DNA from: Bdellovibrio sp.
GTDB taxonomy: Bacteria; Bdellovibrionota; Bdellovibrionia; Bdellovibrionales; Bdellovibrionaceae
Assembly (NCBI GenBank): GCA_036677065.1
Contig: JAKFBS010000008.1
Coordinates: forward strand, 118,593-182,592
Direction: 5' to 3'
DNA length: 64,000 nt
Shown one piece after another: positions 39,918 to 50,189 of the stretch. The position numbers and the translations under genes were made by a program. The notes under the pieces were generated by a model. The model saw only the letters and a list, made by a program, of their open reading frames with translations. It was not told where the DNA came from and ran no database searches. Each line of letters starts with the position of its first letter. Within the stretch, counting starts at the first letter, position 1.

Positions 39918-40084
39918 AGAAACCTCCATTTGTGCGATCGTTATAGGTAAACAAAAAAATCTCGTCAAATGGCATGAGCGATGAAAACCACGTCGCGTTG
40001 TTAAATAACGTTAGCCATCGAGAACGTTATTCGCGGCTAACACTTTTTATTAATTACCTTTCATCTACGAAGGTCCAGTCAAGT

Positions 40085-40111
40085 TTAGTAGCTCTTTGAA
40101 ATCGCCGATAA
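40085..40111 (+). promoter_or_regulatory. Sigma-28 (FliA) promoter
   Basis: TTAG-N15-GCCGATAA, 9 nt before ATG 40121. Confidence 0.75.
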
Positions 40112-40120
40112 TTCGATCGT

Positions 40121-41824
40121 ATGACGACATGGATTTCAACATTTTTGATTGCTCTATTTTTTGTTTTTTCTGCATTCGCTGCAGAAAATTGCGGTCTCAG
40201 ATCAGAATCTCTTACAGATCTTGTAAAGATCAGCTGTGAAGAAACGAAAACTTCAAATCAATGTCAAAAAGTGTATCAAGAAATTAATGCAGCAGGTGGC
40301 GTGGCCTCAGAACGATCGTTAGTTTGTGATGGTGACCAAAATCAAAGTTGGTTATCAGCTTCTGCTGATTGGACCACGGGCTGCATGATCGGTGTCGGCG
40401 ATTATTTTATAAATATAGGTAAAACTATTGGTGAAACGGCCGCGCAAATTATGTTAAACCGCGAAGAAAAAGCTGCAGAGCTAGCTGCTTGTAACAAAGA
40501 CATCAAACAGAAAAAAATTCTTTACGAAGATTATAACGCTAGAATGCCAACAATTTTACAGGTTGCTGAACCGGCTGAATCACAGTTGCAAGATTTAACC
40601 TGTGAAAAAATTCATACAGATCTGACTATGCAACAGCGAAAGCTTTCAATGCGTGCGTTTAAAAAAGTGCGTGCCCGTTTAAATGATCGCACAGCAACGT
40701 ATACTCCTGAAGAGCAACAATTCGTTGATTGGACAATTCAAACTAATAAACCAAAATTAGAAGCCAACGTAATTGATCTTGCAAAAGCACATTTAAAAAA
40801 AATGGGCGTGCTGTATGACTGTTATAACAGTAAATATCAAAAAGCTTTAATCTGTGAAGCTCTGGCCGAAGTCGCTCCGACACTATGGGGCGCAGCCAAA
40901 GCCGGTGCTGCCGCAGTAAAAGCTGCACGCGCGCAACGATTAGCAAAATTAGCAGGAGTTAAAAAAGTTGATGATTTCGTAGCTGACATTAAGGCTGCAG
41001 AACGCGCAACCGATGGGCCTGGTGGGCGTATTATAAATCCTGCCGATAGAGAACGAATTCTTGCCACGGCGGCGGGTTTAACTCTCGAAGAGCGCATTAT
41101 GGCTTTAGAAAAATTAAGAGGAAGCCCGCTATCAAAACGTGAAGCTGAGCAATGGATCAAAATGCATGACGTCGGAACCAAAGACGGTCGCGGTTTTGAT
41201 ACTTATACAAAAGCCGACATTGATGCTAAACAAAAACTGGCCGCAGAAATTAATCCAGACACTGGTAAACCGTATTTTTCTAATGAAGAAACTAAAATCG
41301 GACTTCGCAATGGGATTACGGGTGGTTTGGCTAAAGTTCAAAAAGGCACCGCCCGCGAAATTTATGCGGCCAAAGCCGCCCAGCAAGATTATTCGCAATA
41401 TCACCGGTTACATGCTGAAGCTGCCGCTGGTGAAGGTAAGCTTACCGAAGCCACTGAAGCCTATAATAAAGCTTACAGAGCTTACGTTAAAGAAAGTGGC
41501 GTTGATTTAAAAGATGCAAGCTCGGCTAAAAGAACTCTGGCGACAAAGTCAGAGCGGGATTTGATGCAACTTGAAGAAGCCGCAGCCAGATCAGGTCATG
41601 TGCAGCAACTTAACGAAATCACAAAAGCAAAATGGGTACAGATTGAACGCGATATCAAAAGAAGTTACACCAACAAGCCAGGTTATCAAGATGCGCTCAG
41701 CAATCAGATTCACCACGAATACACTAATCTTGTTGAACAGGCGGGCAGTAGAAATGCAATTATCAAAAAAGCTGCCGTAGAAAAAATGAAATCGCTGAAA
41801 GCCACTTATCCAGGGCTTAAGTAA
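40121..41824 (+). CDS. Secreted protein with Cys-rich N-terminus and helical C-terminal domains, function unknown
   Basis: Signal peptide; 9 Cys in the first ~245 aa; Ala/Gly-rich helix TLWGAAKAGAAAVKAAR; MHDVG...YTKADI..K segment. Confidence 0.7.
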   Translation: MTTWISTFLIALFFVFSAFAAENCGLRSESLTDLVKISCEETKTSNQCQKVYQEINAAGGVASERSLVCDGDQNQSWLSASADWTTGCMIGVGDYFINIGKTIGETAAQIMLNREEKAAELAACNKDIKQKKILYEDYNARMPTILQVAEPAESQLQDLTCEKIHTDLTMQQRKLSMRAFKKVRARLNDRTATYTPEEQQFVDWTIQTNKPKLEANVIDLAKAHLKKMGVLYDCYNSKYQKALICEALAEVAPTLWGAAKAGAAAVKAARAQRLAKLAGVKKVDDFVADIKAAERATDGPGGRIINPADRERILATAAGLTLEERIMALEKLRGSPLSKREAEQWIKMHDVGTKDGRGFDTYTKADIDAKQKLAAEINPDTGKPYFSNEETKIGLRNGITGGLAKVQKGTAREIYAAKAAQQDYSQYHRLHAEAAAGEGKLTEATEAYNKAYRAYVKESGVDLKDASSAKRTLATKSERDLMQLEEAAARSGHVQQLNEITKAKWVQIERDIKRSYTNKPGYQDALSNQIHHEYTNLVEQAGSRNAIIKKAAVEKMKSLKATYPGLK

Positions 41825-42030
41825 TCCCTTACTGCAGCTATGGGTCAGGAAATCATGGTTTTTGCATGATCGGCTGCAATAGGTAGCAAATTGTTTCATT
41901 TAGAGTCGCTTTGCTGTCCCGTTTTGCGTTGTTTGGGGCGAGTTGGTATTGAGATGGTTTTTAGACTAAAAATAGCTTAATTTTTTTGTCGCAGATGTCA
42001 CATTTAGCCTTTGAGGTTCGTATATAAGGT

Positions 42031-43233
42031 ATGAAGCAGATGTCACTTTTCTTTCTAGTAATAGCATTTAATGTGTTGATTGGACCAAGTTTGGTTTGTG
42101 CAGCTGAGTCAGTACGAAACTTACCTTTTATTGAATTTTTAAAATTAGTTGAATTGCAAAGTCCTGACCTTAATGTTGAAAAATCAATGAAGGATGAGGC
42201 TGAAACTAAATCTAACGGAATACGATTGAATCCGCCGATGGTGGGTTTTATGACGATGAAAGAAGAAGGATCGACAAGTCGTGGCTACGAGATTTCGCAA
42301 GAAATCCCATTTCCAAGCAAAATTTTTAAAGAAAAAGAGAGTCGCAAGCTTGAAGCAGAAATGCAAAATTCCTATTTTAACTATCGCCGCAGGGAGATTC
42401 TTCTGCAGGCAAGGCTTATGTACTTTGATTTTTGGAAAGCTTTTCAAAAGCTAAAAATTATTAAAGAAAAAAGAGATTGGCTTAAAACGCATACTAAGAT
42501 CGCGCGTTCAGCGACCAGATCCGACAGCGAATCACAAATTCACTTGCTCGGCATAGAATCCGAACTGGATATGCTTGAGAACGACGTTATAGAAGCTGAA
42601 GCAAGCTTAGTTGAAAAAAAACAAGCCTTAAGAACCATGGCCCCAGGCTTAAAAGATGAAAACTTTAATCCTATTACCCCAGAAATGGCCGTTGTCGAGC
42701 TATCAGGTTCAAAGCAAAGTGCACTGCTTGAATCTAAAGAAAAAATAGTGCAAAAAGCTCAAGCCGAATTAAGTTTAAAAAAGCAATCTTATCTTCCAGA
42801 TTTTTTTATCAGATACCGAATTTTTAATGAAAATGGCGCAATGCCAAAAAATGAAGAAATCATGATTGGGGTGAGTTTGCCATTTTTATTTTTCTGGCAG
42901 CCTAATTCTGAATCTGCTGAGGCATCAGCAAAGCTTGCAAAAGCACAGGCTGAGTTTCAAAAAATAAAAGTAGATACCGAAACTCGCTTTTTAAGTCTTA
43001 TGCAAAAGCAAGAATCGCTTAAACAGCAGCTTGCAACACTTAATGAAAAGCTAATCCCCAAAGCTCATAAACGAATGAAACTTGTGGATAATTTATCAAC
43101 CCGAACGATGACAGGGCTAGAGACACATCGAATTGTGATGCTTGATTACCTAGAGCTTAAGACTAAAGCCATTGATGTGCGGGTTGACTTTGAAAATGCC
43201 GTTGCAGAAATTTTAAAACTCTCTAAGGAATAA
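42031..43233 (+). CDS. TolC/CusC-family outer-membrane efflux protein
   Basis: Signal peptide; SQEIPFPSK, YLPDF, GVSLPF; upstream of MFP and CusA. Confidence 0.88.
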   Translation: MKQMSLFFLVIAFNVLIGPSLVCAAESVRNLPFIEFLKLVELQSPDLNVEKSMKDEAETKSNGIRLNPPMVGFMTMKEEGSTSRGYEISQEIPFPSKIFKEKESRKLEAEMQNSYFNYRRREILLQARLMYFDFWKAFQKLKIIKEKRDWLKTHTKIARSATRSDSESQIHLLGIESELDMLENDVIEAEASLVEKKQALRTMAPGLKDENFNPITPEMAVVELSGSKQSALLESKEKIVQKAQAELSLKKQSYLPDFFIRYRIFNENGAMPKNEEIMIGVSLPFLFFWQPNSESAEASAKLAKAQAEFQKIKVDTETRFLSLMQKQESLKQQLATLNEKLIPKAHKRMKLVDNLSTRTMTGLETHRIVMLDYLELKTKAIDVRVDFENAVAEILKLSKE

Positions 43234-43238
43234 ATATT

Positions 43239-44057
43239 ATGAAGGCTACAAGTTATGCTGTTAATTTTTTTCTTGCACTTGTTCTGAGTATGTTCTTGGC
43301 AAGCTGTACTGCTAAAAATTCGCCAGTAACACAAGCTTCTATGGCCAATGCAGAATCAGAACATACTGATCCCGACGGTTACTGGACTTGTCCCATGCAT
43401 CCACAAGTTCACAAACATGAAAAAGGGGCATGCCCCATCTGCGGTATGGCCTTGGTGAAGGTGAAGGGAAAAGCCAGCGCGCCTCAACAGTCGATCGAAT
43501 TAACTGAAGTCCAAATTCAAAATACGCAAATCAACAAACACACTGTTGTTAGAAAAGACGTGTATGTCTCAGTTTCAGTTGCTGGCCGCGTAATGTCTTC
43601 ACGTGAAATTTCCTTTCAAGTTTATGAATCAGATCTTGCTATTTTGAAAATAGGTTCTGAATTTGTGGGCGCATCGTCCACAAGCCCTGATAAAAAAGTA
43701 AAAGGACGAATTACACGCATTGATAATCTCGTTGATCCTTCAAGCCGGACAATTCGGGTCACAGGTCAACTTTCAGAGTCTTTATCACCTCTGGTATTAG
43801 AAAGCGGCTTTTACGGTGAAATTCAAACACAGCTAAAAAACCAAATTGTTATTCCCGAGGAAGCACTGCTTTTTTCAGGAATGAAAGCTTTAGTTTATTT
43901 TTTTTCAACTGATAACAAATTAGAAGCTCGCGAAGTTGCCGTTGGCCTTAAAACTCAGAAGGAATATCAGATTCTTTCTGGCCTCAGTGAAGGTGACATG
44001 ATTTCAGGTTCAGCCAATTTTCTTTTAGATTCTGAATCTAAAATCCGAGGACTCTAG
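43239..44057 (+). CDS. CusB-like periplasmic adaptor with heavy-metal-binding domain
   Basis: Lipobox LASC; YWTCPMHP...CPICGMAL; SRTIRV; GLSEGD; ANFLLDSES. Confidence 0.88.
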   Translation: MKATSYAVNFFLALVLSMFLASCTAKNSPVTQASMANAESEHTDPDGYWTCPMHPQVHKHEKGACPICGMALVKVKGKASAPQQSIELTEVQIQNTQINKHTVVRKDVYVSVSVAGRVMSSREISFQVYESDLAILKIGSEFVGASSTSPDKKVKGRITRIDNLVDPSSRTIRVTGQLSESLSPLVLESGFYGEIQTQLKNQIVIPEEALLFSGMKALVYFFSTDNKLEAREVAVGLKTQKEYQILSGLSEGDMISGSANFLLDSESKIRGL

Positions 44058-44059
44058 CT

Positions 44060-47000
44060 ATGATTAAAAAGATCATTGAGTTTTCAGCCCATAACCGTAT
44101 TTTAGTGATCTTTTTGACATTGGTCTTAGTGGGCTTTGGAATTTATTCGGTTAAAAAAATTCCACTTGATGCGATCCCTGATCTTTCTGACACGCAAGTT
44201 ATCATTTATTCCAAGTGGGATAGATCTCCTGAAATTATCGAAAAACAAGTCACATATCCCATCGTGGCATCATTATTGGGAGCTCCTAAAATTAAATCGG
44301 TGCGCGGATTTTCTGATTACGGGTATTCTTATGTCTATGTTATTTTTGAAGATGGCACTGATCTTTACTGGGCCAGAAGCCGCGTGATTGAATATTTAAA
44401 TCGCATTAATTCGCAGTTACCCCAAGGAGTCAAAACTGAACTTGGCCCAGATGCTACCAGCGTAGGTTGGGTTTATCAGTATGCTCTAGTTGATGAATCT
44501 GGAAAAATAAATTCAAGCGAATTAAGATCACTTCAGGATTGGACATTAAGATACCAATTACAATCTGTTCCAGGTGTTGCTGAAGTAGCCAGTGTCGGCG
44601 GTTTTGTAAAGCAGTATCAAGTTAAAGTCGATCCAAGAAAGCTAGAGCTTTTTCAAGTCAGCTTAATGCAAGTCATGGATGCGGTTCGTAATTCAAACCA
44701 AGAAAGCGGCGGGCGGGTACTGGAATTTTCTGGCACTGAAGCCATGGTGCGATCACAAGGCCTAGTGACTGATACAACAGACATTGAAAATGCGGTCGTC
44801 ACTTATAAACCCAATAGCAAAGCTCCGATCCTAGTCAAACAAGTGGCCCAGGTTTCCTTTGGACCAGAAATGCGACGGGGCATTACTGATTACAACGGTC
44901 GGGGTGATGCCGTAGGCGGAATCATCGTCATGAGACAAGGCGAGGATGCACCGACTATTATTGCAAAAGTTAAAGAAAAAATTTCTGAAATCCAAAAGAC
45001 TTTACCGGAAAATGTAAAAATTCATGCGGTCTATGACCGTTCAGATTTGATTCACCGAGCGGTCGCGACACTTAAAGCAACATTAATAGAAGAATTAATT
45101 ATCGTAAGCCTTGTGATTCTTTTATTTCTTTGGCATGTGCCATCAGCCTTAGTCCCCATAATTACGATTCCTGTAGCGGTGCTGTTAGCTTTCATTCCAT
45201 TGCTCCTTTTGGGACAAACCTCGAACATTATGTCGCTGGCAGGTATTGCGATTTCTATTGGGGTATTGGTTGATGGCGCCATTGTTGAAGTGGAAAATGC
45301 TTACAGAAAAATTCAACATTGGGATGAGAACGGTAGAAAAGAAAGTTTTTTTAATGTCCGCCTTCAGGCTTTAATGGAAGTGGGGCCTTCGGTTTTTTTC
45401 TCGTTACTTGTTATTGCAGTCGCATTTTTACCGATATTTACACTGGTTGATCAAGAGGGAAGATTATTCAGACCTCTGGCTTTATCAAAAAATTTAGCCA
45501 TGTTTATTGCAGCACTTTTGGCAATTACTTTAGATCCAGCGATGCGGATGCTGTTTGCACGCGCTGATTATTTTAATGGGCCGAATAAATGGCTTAATAA
45601 ATTAGGTAATGTCACTCTTGTGGGAAAATACTATTCAGAACATAAACATCCTATAAGTCGAAGACTATTTGCTGTTTACGAGCCCGTATTGAACTGGATT
45701 TTAGCACGAAAAAAATCAGTGCTGCTGGCTTCAGGTGTAGCTGTGCTTTCTATTATACCTGGATTTATGATCTTAGGTTCTGAATTTATGCCAACACTTC
45801 ACGAAGGCAGCTTATTGTATATGCCGACCGCTCTTCCTGGGCTTTCAGTTTCAGAAGCTCAAAAAGTTTTAACCAAACAGGACCAAATCCTAAAATCATT
45901 TCCAGAAGTAGAGTCAGTATTCGGTAAGGCTGGACGGGCAGAAACTTCTACCGATACAGCGCCACTTTCGATGATTGAAACAACGATCGTTCTTAAAGAT
46001 AAATCTGCGTGGCCTAAAAAAATCAGCGAAGAAGAACTTATTGAAAAAATGAATAGCGCACTTCAATTCGCGGGGATGCCGAACATTTGGACTATGCCGA
46101 TTAAAAATCGTATTGATATGTTATCTACCGGCATCAGAAGCCCTATCGGAGTAAAAATTTTTGGATCAGACTTAAAAGTGATTGAAAAAATTGGTCAACA
46201 AGTCGAACAAGTTTTAAAAACATTGCCAAATACGCGCACCATCGTAGCAGAAAGAATTGCCAGTGGTTATTTCTTAGATGTGAATATTAATCGTAATAAA
46301 CTTCAGTATTACGGGCTTTCGTTAAAAGATGCGCAAGATCAAGCGATGTTTGCAGTTGGCGGCGATAATGTTTCGACTGCGATTTTGGGTCGTGAAAGAT
46401 ATCCTATTCAAGTGCGCATGGCCCCTGATTTCAGGCAAGATATCGGTGCTATACAACGAACTTTAATTTCAACACCTACCGGAGCGCAAATTCCTTTAAA
46501 AGAAATTGCGGACGTCAAAATCACCGAAGGGGCTTCGATGATTCGAGACGAAAATGCTTCTTTGGTGGGTTATGTCTATATTGATGTTGATCCTAATAAA
46601 ACTGATATCGGCAGCTACGTTTCAGACGCAAAAAAAATCGTTCAAGAAAAAATTAAGTTACCAACAGGCTATACTCTGACTTGGAGTGGGCAGTATGAAA
46701 ATATGGAGCGTGTAAAAGAACGGCTTAAAGTTGTTATTCCGCTGACATTGATTTTAATTATTTTACTTTTACATTTTAATACAAAGTCTTGGATTAAAAC
46801 TGGAATTATTCTTTTAGCTGTTCCATTCTCGTTGATTGGGGCTGTGTGGTTTCTTGTCGCATTGGATTACAATGTTTCAATTGCCGCCTGGGTTGGAATG
46901 ATTGCGCTTTTAGGACTAGATGCAGAAACCGGTGTCTTTATGTTAATGTATTTAGATCTTGCCTATGACGACAGAAAGAAAAAAGGTCAGATGAATAACG

Positions 47001-47263
47001 TCAAAGATCTGCATGATGCTGTAATAGAAGGTGCTGTTCATCGCGTGCGTCCGAAGCTTATGACAGTGATGGCTTTATTTATGGGGCTTATTCCTATTAT
47101 GTGGTCAGCGGGAGCCGGAGCTGATGTGATGAAGCGAATCGCAGCGCCCATGATCGGTGGATTAATGTCTTCATTTATTCTTGAACTTTTAATTTATCCA
47201 GTGATTTTTTATCTCTGGAAAGAAAAAGAAATATTAAATCTAACTAAGGAGAATACAGTATGA
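44060..47263 (+). CDS. cusA: CusA/SilA-type Cu/Ag RND efflux permease
   Basis: LDAIPDLSDTQVI, GPDATSVGWVYQY, DTAPLSMIET, RIDMLSTG, RVRPKLMT. Confidence 0.93.
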   Translation: MIKKIIEFSAHNRILVIFLTLVLVGFGIYSVKKIPLDAIPDLSDTQVIIYSKWDRSPEIIEKQVTYPIVASLLGAPKIKSVRGFSDYGYSYVYVIFEDGTDLYWARSRVIEYLNRINSQLPQGVKTELGPDATSVGWVYQYALVDESGKINSSELRSLQDWTLRYQLQSVPGVAEVASVGGFVKQYQVKVDPRKLELFQVSLMQVMDAVRNSNQESGGRVLEFSGTEAMVRSQGLVTDTTDIENAVVTYKPNSKAPILVKQVAQVSFGPEMRRGITDYNGRGDAVGGIIVMRQGEDAPTIIAKVKEKISEIQKTLPENVKIHAVYDRSDLIHRAVATLKATLIEELIIVSLVILLFLWHVPSALVPIITIPVAVLLAFIPLLLLGQTSNIMSLAGIAISIGVLVDGAIVEVENAYRKIQHWDENGRKESFFNVRLQALMEVGPSVFFSLLVIAVAFLPIFTLVDQEGRLFRPLALSKNLAMFIAALLAITLDPAMRMLFARADYFNGPNKWLNKLGNVTLVGKYYSEHKHPISRRLFAVYEPVLNWILARKKSVLLASGVAVLSIIPGFMILGSEFMPTLHEGSLLYMPTALPGLSVSEAQKVLTKQDQILKSFPEVESVFGKAGRAETSTDTAPLSMIETTIVLKDKSAWPKKISEEELIEKMNSALQFAGMPNIWTMPIKNRIDMLSTGIRSPIGVKIFGSDLKVIEKIGQQVEQVLKTLPNTRTIVAERIASGYFLDVNINRNKLQYYGLSLKDAQDQAMFAVGGDNVSTAILGRERYPIQVRMAPDFRQDIGAIQRTLISTPTGAQIPLKEIADVKITEGASMIRDENASLVGYVYIDVDPNKTDIGSYVSDAKKIVQEKIKLPTGYTLTWSGQYENMERVKERLKVVIPLTLILIILLLHFNTKSWIKTGIILLAVPFSLIGAVWFLVALDYNVSIAAWVGMIALLGLDAETGVFMLMYLDLAYDDRKKKGQMNNVKDLHDAVIEGAVHRVRPKLMTVMALFMGLIPIMWSAGAGADVMKRIAAPMIGGLMSSFILELLIYPVIFYLWKEKEILNLTKENTV

Positions 47264-47583
47264 AAAAAATTTTAACAGGCTTGATGATTGTTTTGAGTGT
47301 AGCTACAACATTTGCTGCGGATGATATTCAGAACATTTCGCTTCAAGTTACTGAAAAGGGTTTTGTGCCGAATAAGATTGATGTCAAAGCGGGAAGTCAT
47401 ATCGTTCTTAAGGTCACCCGAAAAACTGATGACACATGTGCTACACAAATTGCCATAAAAGACAAAAAAATTAAACTTCCACTGAATAAAGAGGTCAGTG
47501 TTGATGTCGGCGTTTTAAAAAAAGGTGAAGTACGCTTTGCCTGTGGTATGGATATGATAACGGGGCTTATTTTAGTAAAATAA
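47260..47583 (+). CDS. Cupredoxin-domain protein
   Basis: Signal peptide; GFVPNKI, TCAT, FACGMDM. Confidence 0.85.
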   Translation: MKKILTGLMIVLSVATTFAADDIQNISLQVTEKGFVPNKIDVKAGSHIVLKVTRKTDDTCATQIAIKDKKIKLPLNKEVSVDVGVLKKGEVRFACGMDMITGLILVK

Positions 47584-47593
47584 AAAAAGATGG

Positions 47594-48940
47594 CTACATC
47601 GGCATCCACATTCCTGAAATTTGAATAAATACTCGGCCGCTGACTGGGTCTGAGTTATATGATTTCTCTAGTTCATCGGGTAAAAATACTTTTGTTAATG
47701 ACCCACCAAGTCCGAATTTAATCTGCTCCCATGCCGGTAAATCGCGAGTGTACCCAAGGGTTAAAGCATAAACGTCTTGTGGAGCAAAAATATCTGAGGC
47801 AGTGAGTATTCCTAATTGAGCGGCCGTTCTTTGTACAAATTCAAATCTACCCCAAACATTATAGGGTTTTTTATACAGAAGAAATTCTTCGTTTAACGAC
47901 ACTAATTTCGCTACTTCGTCGTAAAAATTGATTACGCCGTAGATTAATGAATTACTCCAAGTCCATTCCTCTGCGAGTGAAACTTGATTATAGCTCGCTA
48001 ATGAGTATCTCCAGGTGTGGTCGATATCAGGATTATAGTCGCCTTCTGGTTCTTTAATGAAAGCAGCAGAGGTCATTATAAACCAATTTTCAGAAAGTTC
48101 TTGCGATAATCTGGCAGCATAAGAATCAAGATCTCCTATCGGAAGATCTGTCTTTGTGGGCTCCGGTTCTTCGCCATGAAATGCAGAAACTTCAAGAGTC
48201 GTTTTGTTTTTTGTTGCAGCCGCCCCTAGGACTGTACTTGTGATATGCCCCGCATCTTGCGCAAGATGATGCCCCAGCGGAGCATCGGGATTTGCCATTC
48301 CAGTTGGTCGATGCATAAATGCAATTGGTCCGTCAGTAGATTGCCCGCGAGGAGCAAAGAACAACCTTAGATTGTCTTTTCCTTCTCCCAGAGAAAATGT
48401 ATCACTCAGCGTGATTCCCATAATAGGCGATGAGTGAGGGTGCTGTGCATCGATGAAGGGCTGTTCACTGCTGTCACGTTCGCCTATTTGTAATAGTTCA
48501 GAATAACCATCTTCATGAAATGTCCAGCGCTCAAAAGTCAGCATTAGATTTACATTCAGGTATTGCGATTCGCCGACAGCGCGGCCTAAGTTTGCCATGA
48601 TCATATTGGGAACAGCAAATTGATCTTTTCCACGAGGCTTTTCTGCCCAGATACCAGTTAGAAATGCATTTCCATGAACCATAAATTGCATTTTTTCTGA
48701 ACTGTTTAAATTTAATCCTAAACACATGCCTTGGGTGTTGTCCCAAGCTTCGTCATCTTTACATGACGATGGCCCCCATTTGTTTCTGTGATCGATCATT
48801 TCATGGTCCATCATCGCATGTTGCATAGGCGAGTGATCCATTTGGGCCTGGGCCAAGTTCGAAAGCAAGACTACGGCTATAAATGAAATCAAATTAATCT
48901 TAGTGAAAAAACTAGTGCCGCGTGCAGTTGTTTGAGTCAT
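47594..48940 (-). CDS. Met/His-rich exported protein, probable outer-membrane beta-barrel of metal-resistance loci
   Basis: SD AGGAGG at start 48940; MDHSPMQHAMMDHEM; DAQHPH, GPIAFMHRP, APLGHH. Confidence 0.7.
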   Translation of the reverse strand: MTQTTARGTSFFTKINLISFIAVVLLSNLAQAQMDHSPMQHAMMDHEMIDHRNKWGPSSCKDDEAWDNTQGMCLGLNLNSSEKMQFMVHGNAFLTGIWAEKPRGKDQFAVPNMIMANLGRAVGESQYLNVNLMLTFERWTFHEDGYSELLQIGERDSSEQPFIDAQHPHSSPIMGITLSDTFSLGEGKDNLRLFFAPRGQSTDGPIAFMHRPTGMANPDAPLGHHLAQDAGHITSTVLGAAATKNKTTLEVSAFHGEEPEPTKTDLPIGDLDSYAARLSQELSENWFIMTSAAFIKEPEGDYNPDIDHTWRYSLASYNQVSLAEEWTWSNSLIYGVINFYDEVAKLVSLNEEFLLYKKPYNVWGRFEFVQRTAAQLGILTASDIFAPQDVYALTLGYTRDLPAWEQIKFGLGGSLTKVFLPDELEKSYNSDPVSGRVFIQISGMWMPM

Positions 48941-49001
48941 ATTTCCTCCTAAGAATTTATGAATTCTTAGGAGAAGCAAAAAATAGACCGTATTTTCGAA
49001 G

Positions 49002-49769
49002 TTACAGAGGTAAAAATAAGCCAATCAAGGCCATTGCAACCATAGACAGATTTTCAATTATCGTCACATTTGATAGAGGTAAATTAAACCCCGCACCAAG
49101 GCAAGCACACTGAAACTGGCTCTTGCTTTTAATTTTTTGATAAACTCCAACTGTCGTCATTCCTAGAACGATAATAGTCATGATATTCGCTAGAATTAGA
49201 AATTGATCTGCAATATATAAAAATCCGAGCGTAAGTTCAATGAATGGATAAATTGCACCATAGGGTTTCCATTTTTTTGCCAGCGGATCATAATTGGCAA
49301 AAGCAGTCGCAAAAGATTTTAAATCTAAAAATTTAAAAAATGAAAGACCTATAAAAAAACCGGCCATAAGATGATTCATGAACATGTGTGCCGAAAAACT
49401 TCCAAGATGAATTTGGTAGGCTGTGCTAAAAATAAGTATATAGGCAAACACCACAAGCAAAGGCTTGTAAGTTTGGTAAAATGATTTCGCCTGCGGAAGG
49501 GCAGTGCTAGCTTCTACATCATCGTAAAAGCTGGCTTTATACTTGGGTAGATCAGCAATCGCTTCCTGGATTTCGCGTAATAAAACCACTCGATCTGAAA
49601 TAATATCCGCTTTTTTTTCGCTCAAGTTAACATTGACCCAAGATACTCCAGATATTGCCTTTAAGCGCTCGGTGATTTTTTCGACACAAGAAGCGCAAGT
49701 CATACCTTCAATTTTGTAAGTGTAAGTTGTTTTTGGCATATTTTTATTAGAATTAGTGATGGCTTCCAT
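49002..49769 (-). CDS. HMA domain fused to MauE/DoxX-like membrane domain
   Basis: GMTCASC; FFKFLDL..FA..F..YD; CACLG. Confidence 0.88.
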   Translation of the reverse strand: MEAITNSNKNMPKTTYTYKIEGMTCASCVEKITERLKAISGVSWVNVNLSEKKADIISDRVVLLREIQEAIADLPKYKASFYDDVEASTALPQAKSFYQTYKPLLVVFAYILIFSTAYQIHLGSFSAHMFMNHLMAGFFIGLSFFKFLDLKSFATAFANYDPLAKKWKPYGAIYPFIELTLGFLYIADQFLILANIMTIIVLGMTTVGVYQKIKSKSQFQCACLGAGFNLPLSNVTIIENLSMVAMALIGLFLPL

Positions 49770-50178
49770 GGTCTTCCTCTTTTACTTCGCTACTTGTTTT
49801 TGTTAGTGAAAAAGGCAGTGAATAAATGGCTTCAGCTCCTTTAACCGTGTTTCTTTCAGCCACTATAGTTAACGTGCCCTTGTTCAGTTCTGCTTTAGAT
49901 GTTTTGCAAATGAAATGGTCTCTTTTTGCTGTGCAGTCGAGGGTTTTAGGAGTGCCATTACTAAGAGTTGCTGAAATTTTTGAGTTCTTTACTGTTGGGT
50001 TTTTAAATTCAATATCTAAAAGATACACTTTTAGACTGCCATCTTTTTGCGGAACGGCCTCAGTGTGAAAACCACCTGGCATTTTCAAGTATCCGCCATT
50101 TGGCCCTGGTTTATCTTCGCCATGGGCAAAGGTGTTTAAAGATACCGAGAGTAAAATTAAAGTTAATAATAATTTCAT
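49753..50178 (-). CDS. Small His-containing periplasmic protein
   Basis: Signal peptide, mature start HGEDKPGPNGG, C-terminal DHGSHH. Confidence 0.8.
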   Translation of the reverse strand: MKLLLTLILLSVSLNTFAHGEDKPGPNGGYLKMPGGFHTEAVPQKDGSLKVYLLDIEFKNPTVKNSKISATLSNGTPKTLDCTAKRDHFICKTSKAELNKGTLTIVAERNTVKGAEAIYSLPFSLTKTSSEVKEEDHGSHH

Positions 50179-50189
50179 TTGTTGAGCTC

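Noticed and set aside
41591..41899. Minus-strand ORF with YCSRSC motif at the left edge of the metal block
   Set aside because: Mostly antisense to a real gene, no SD; probably spurious
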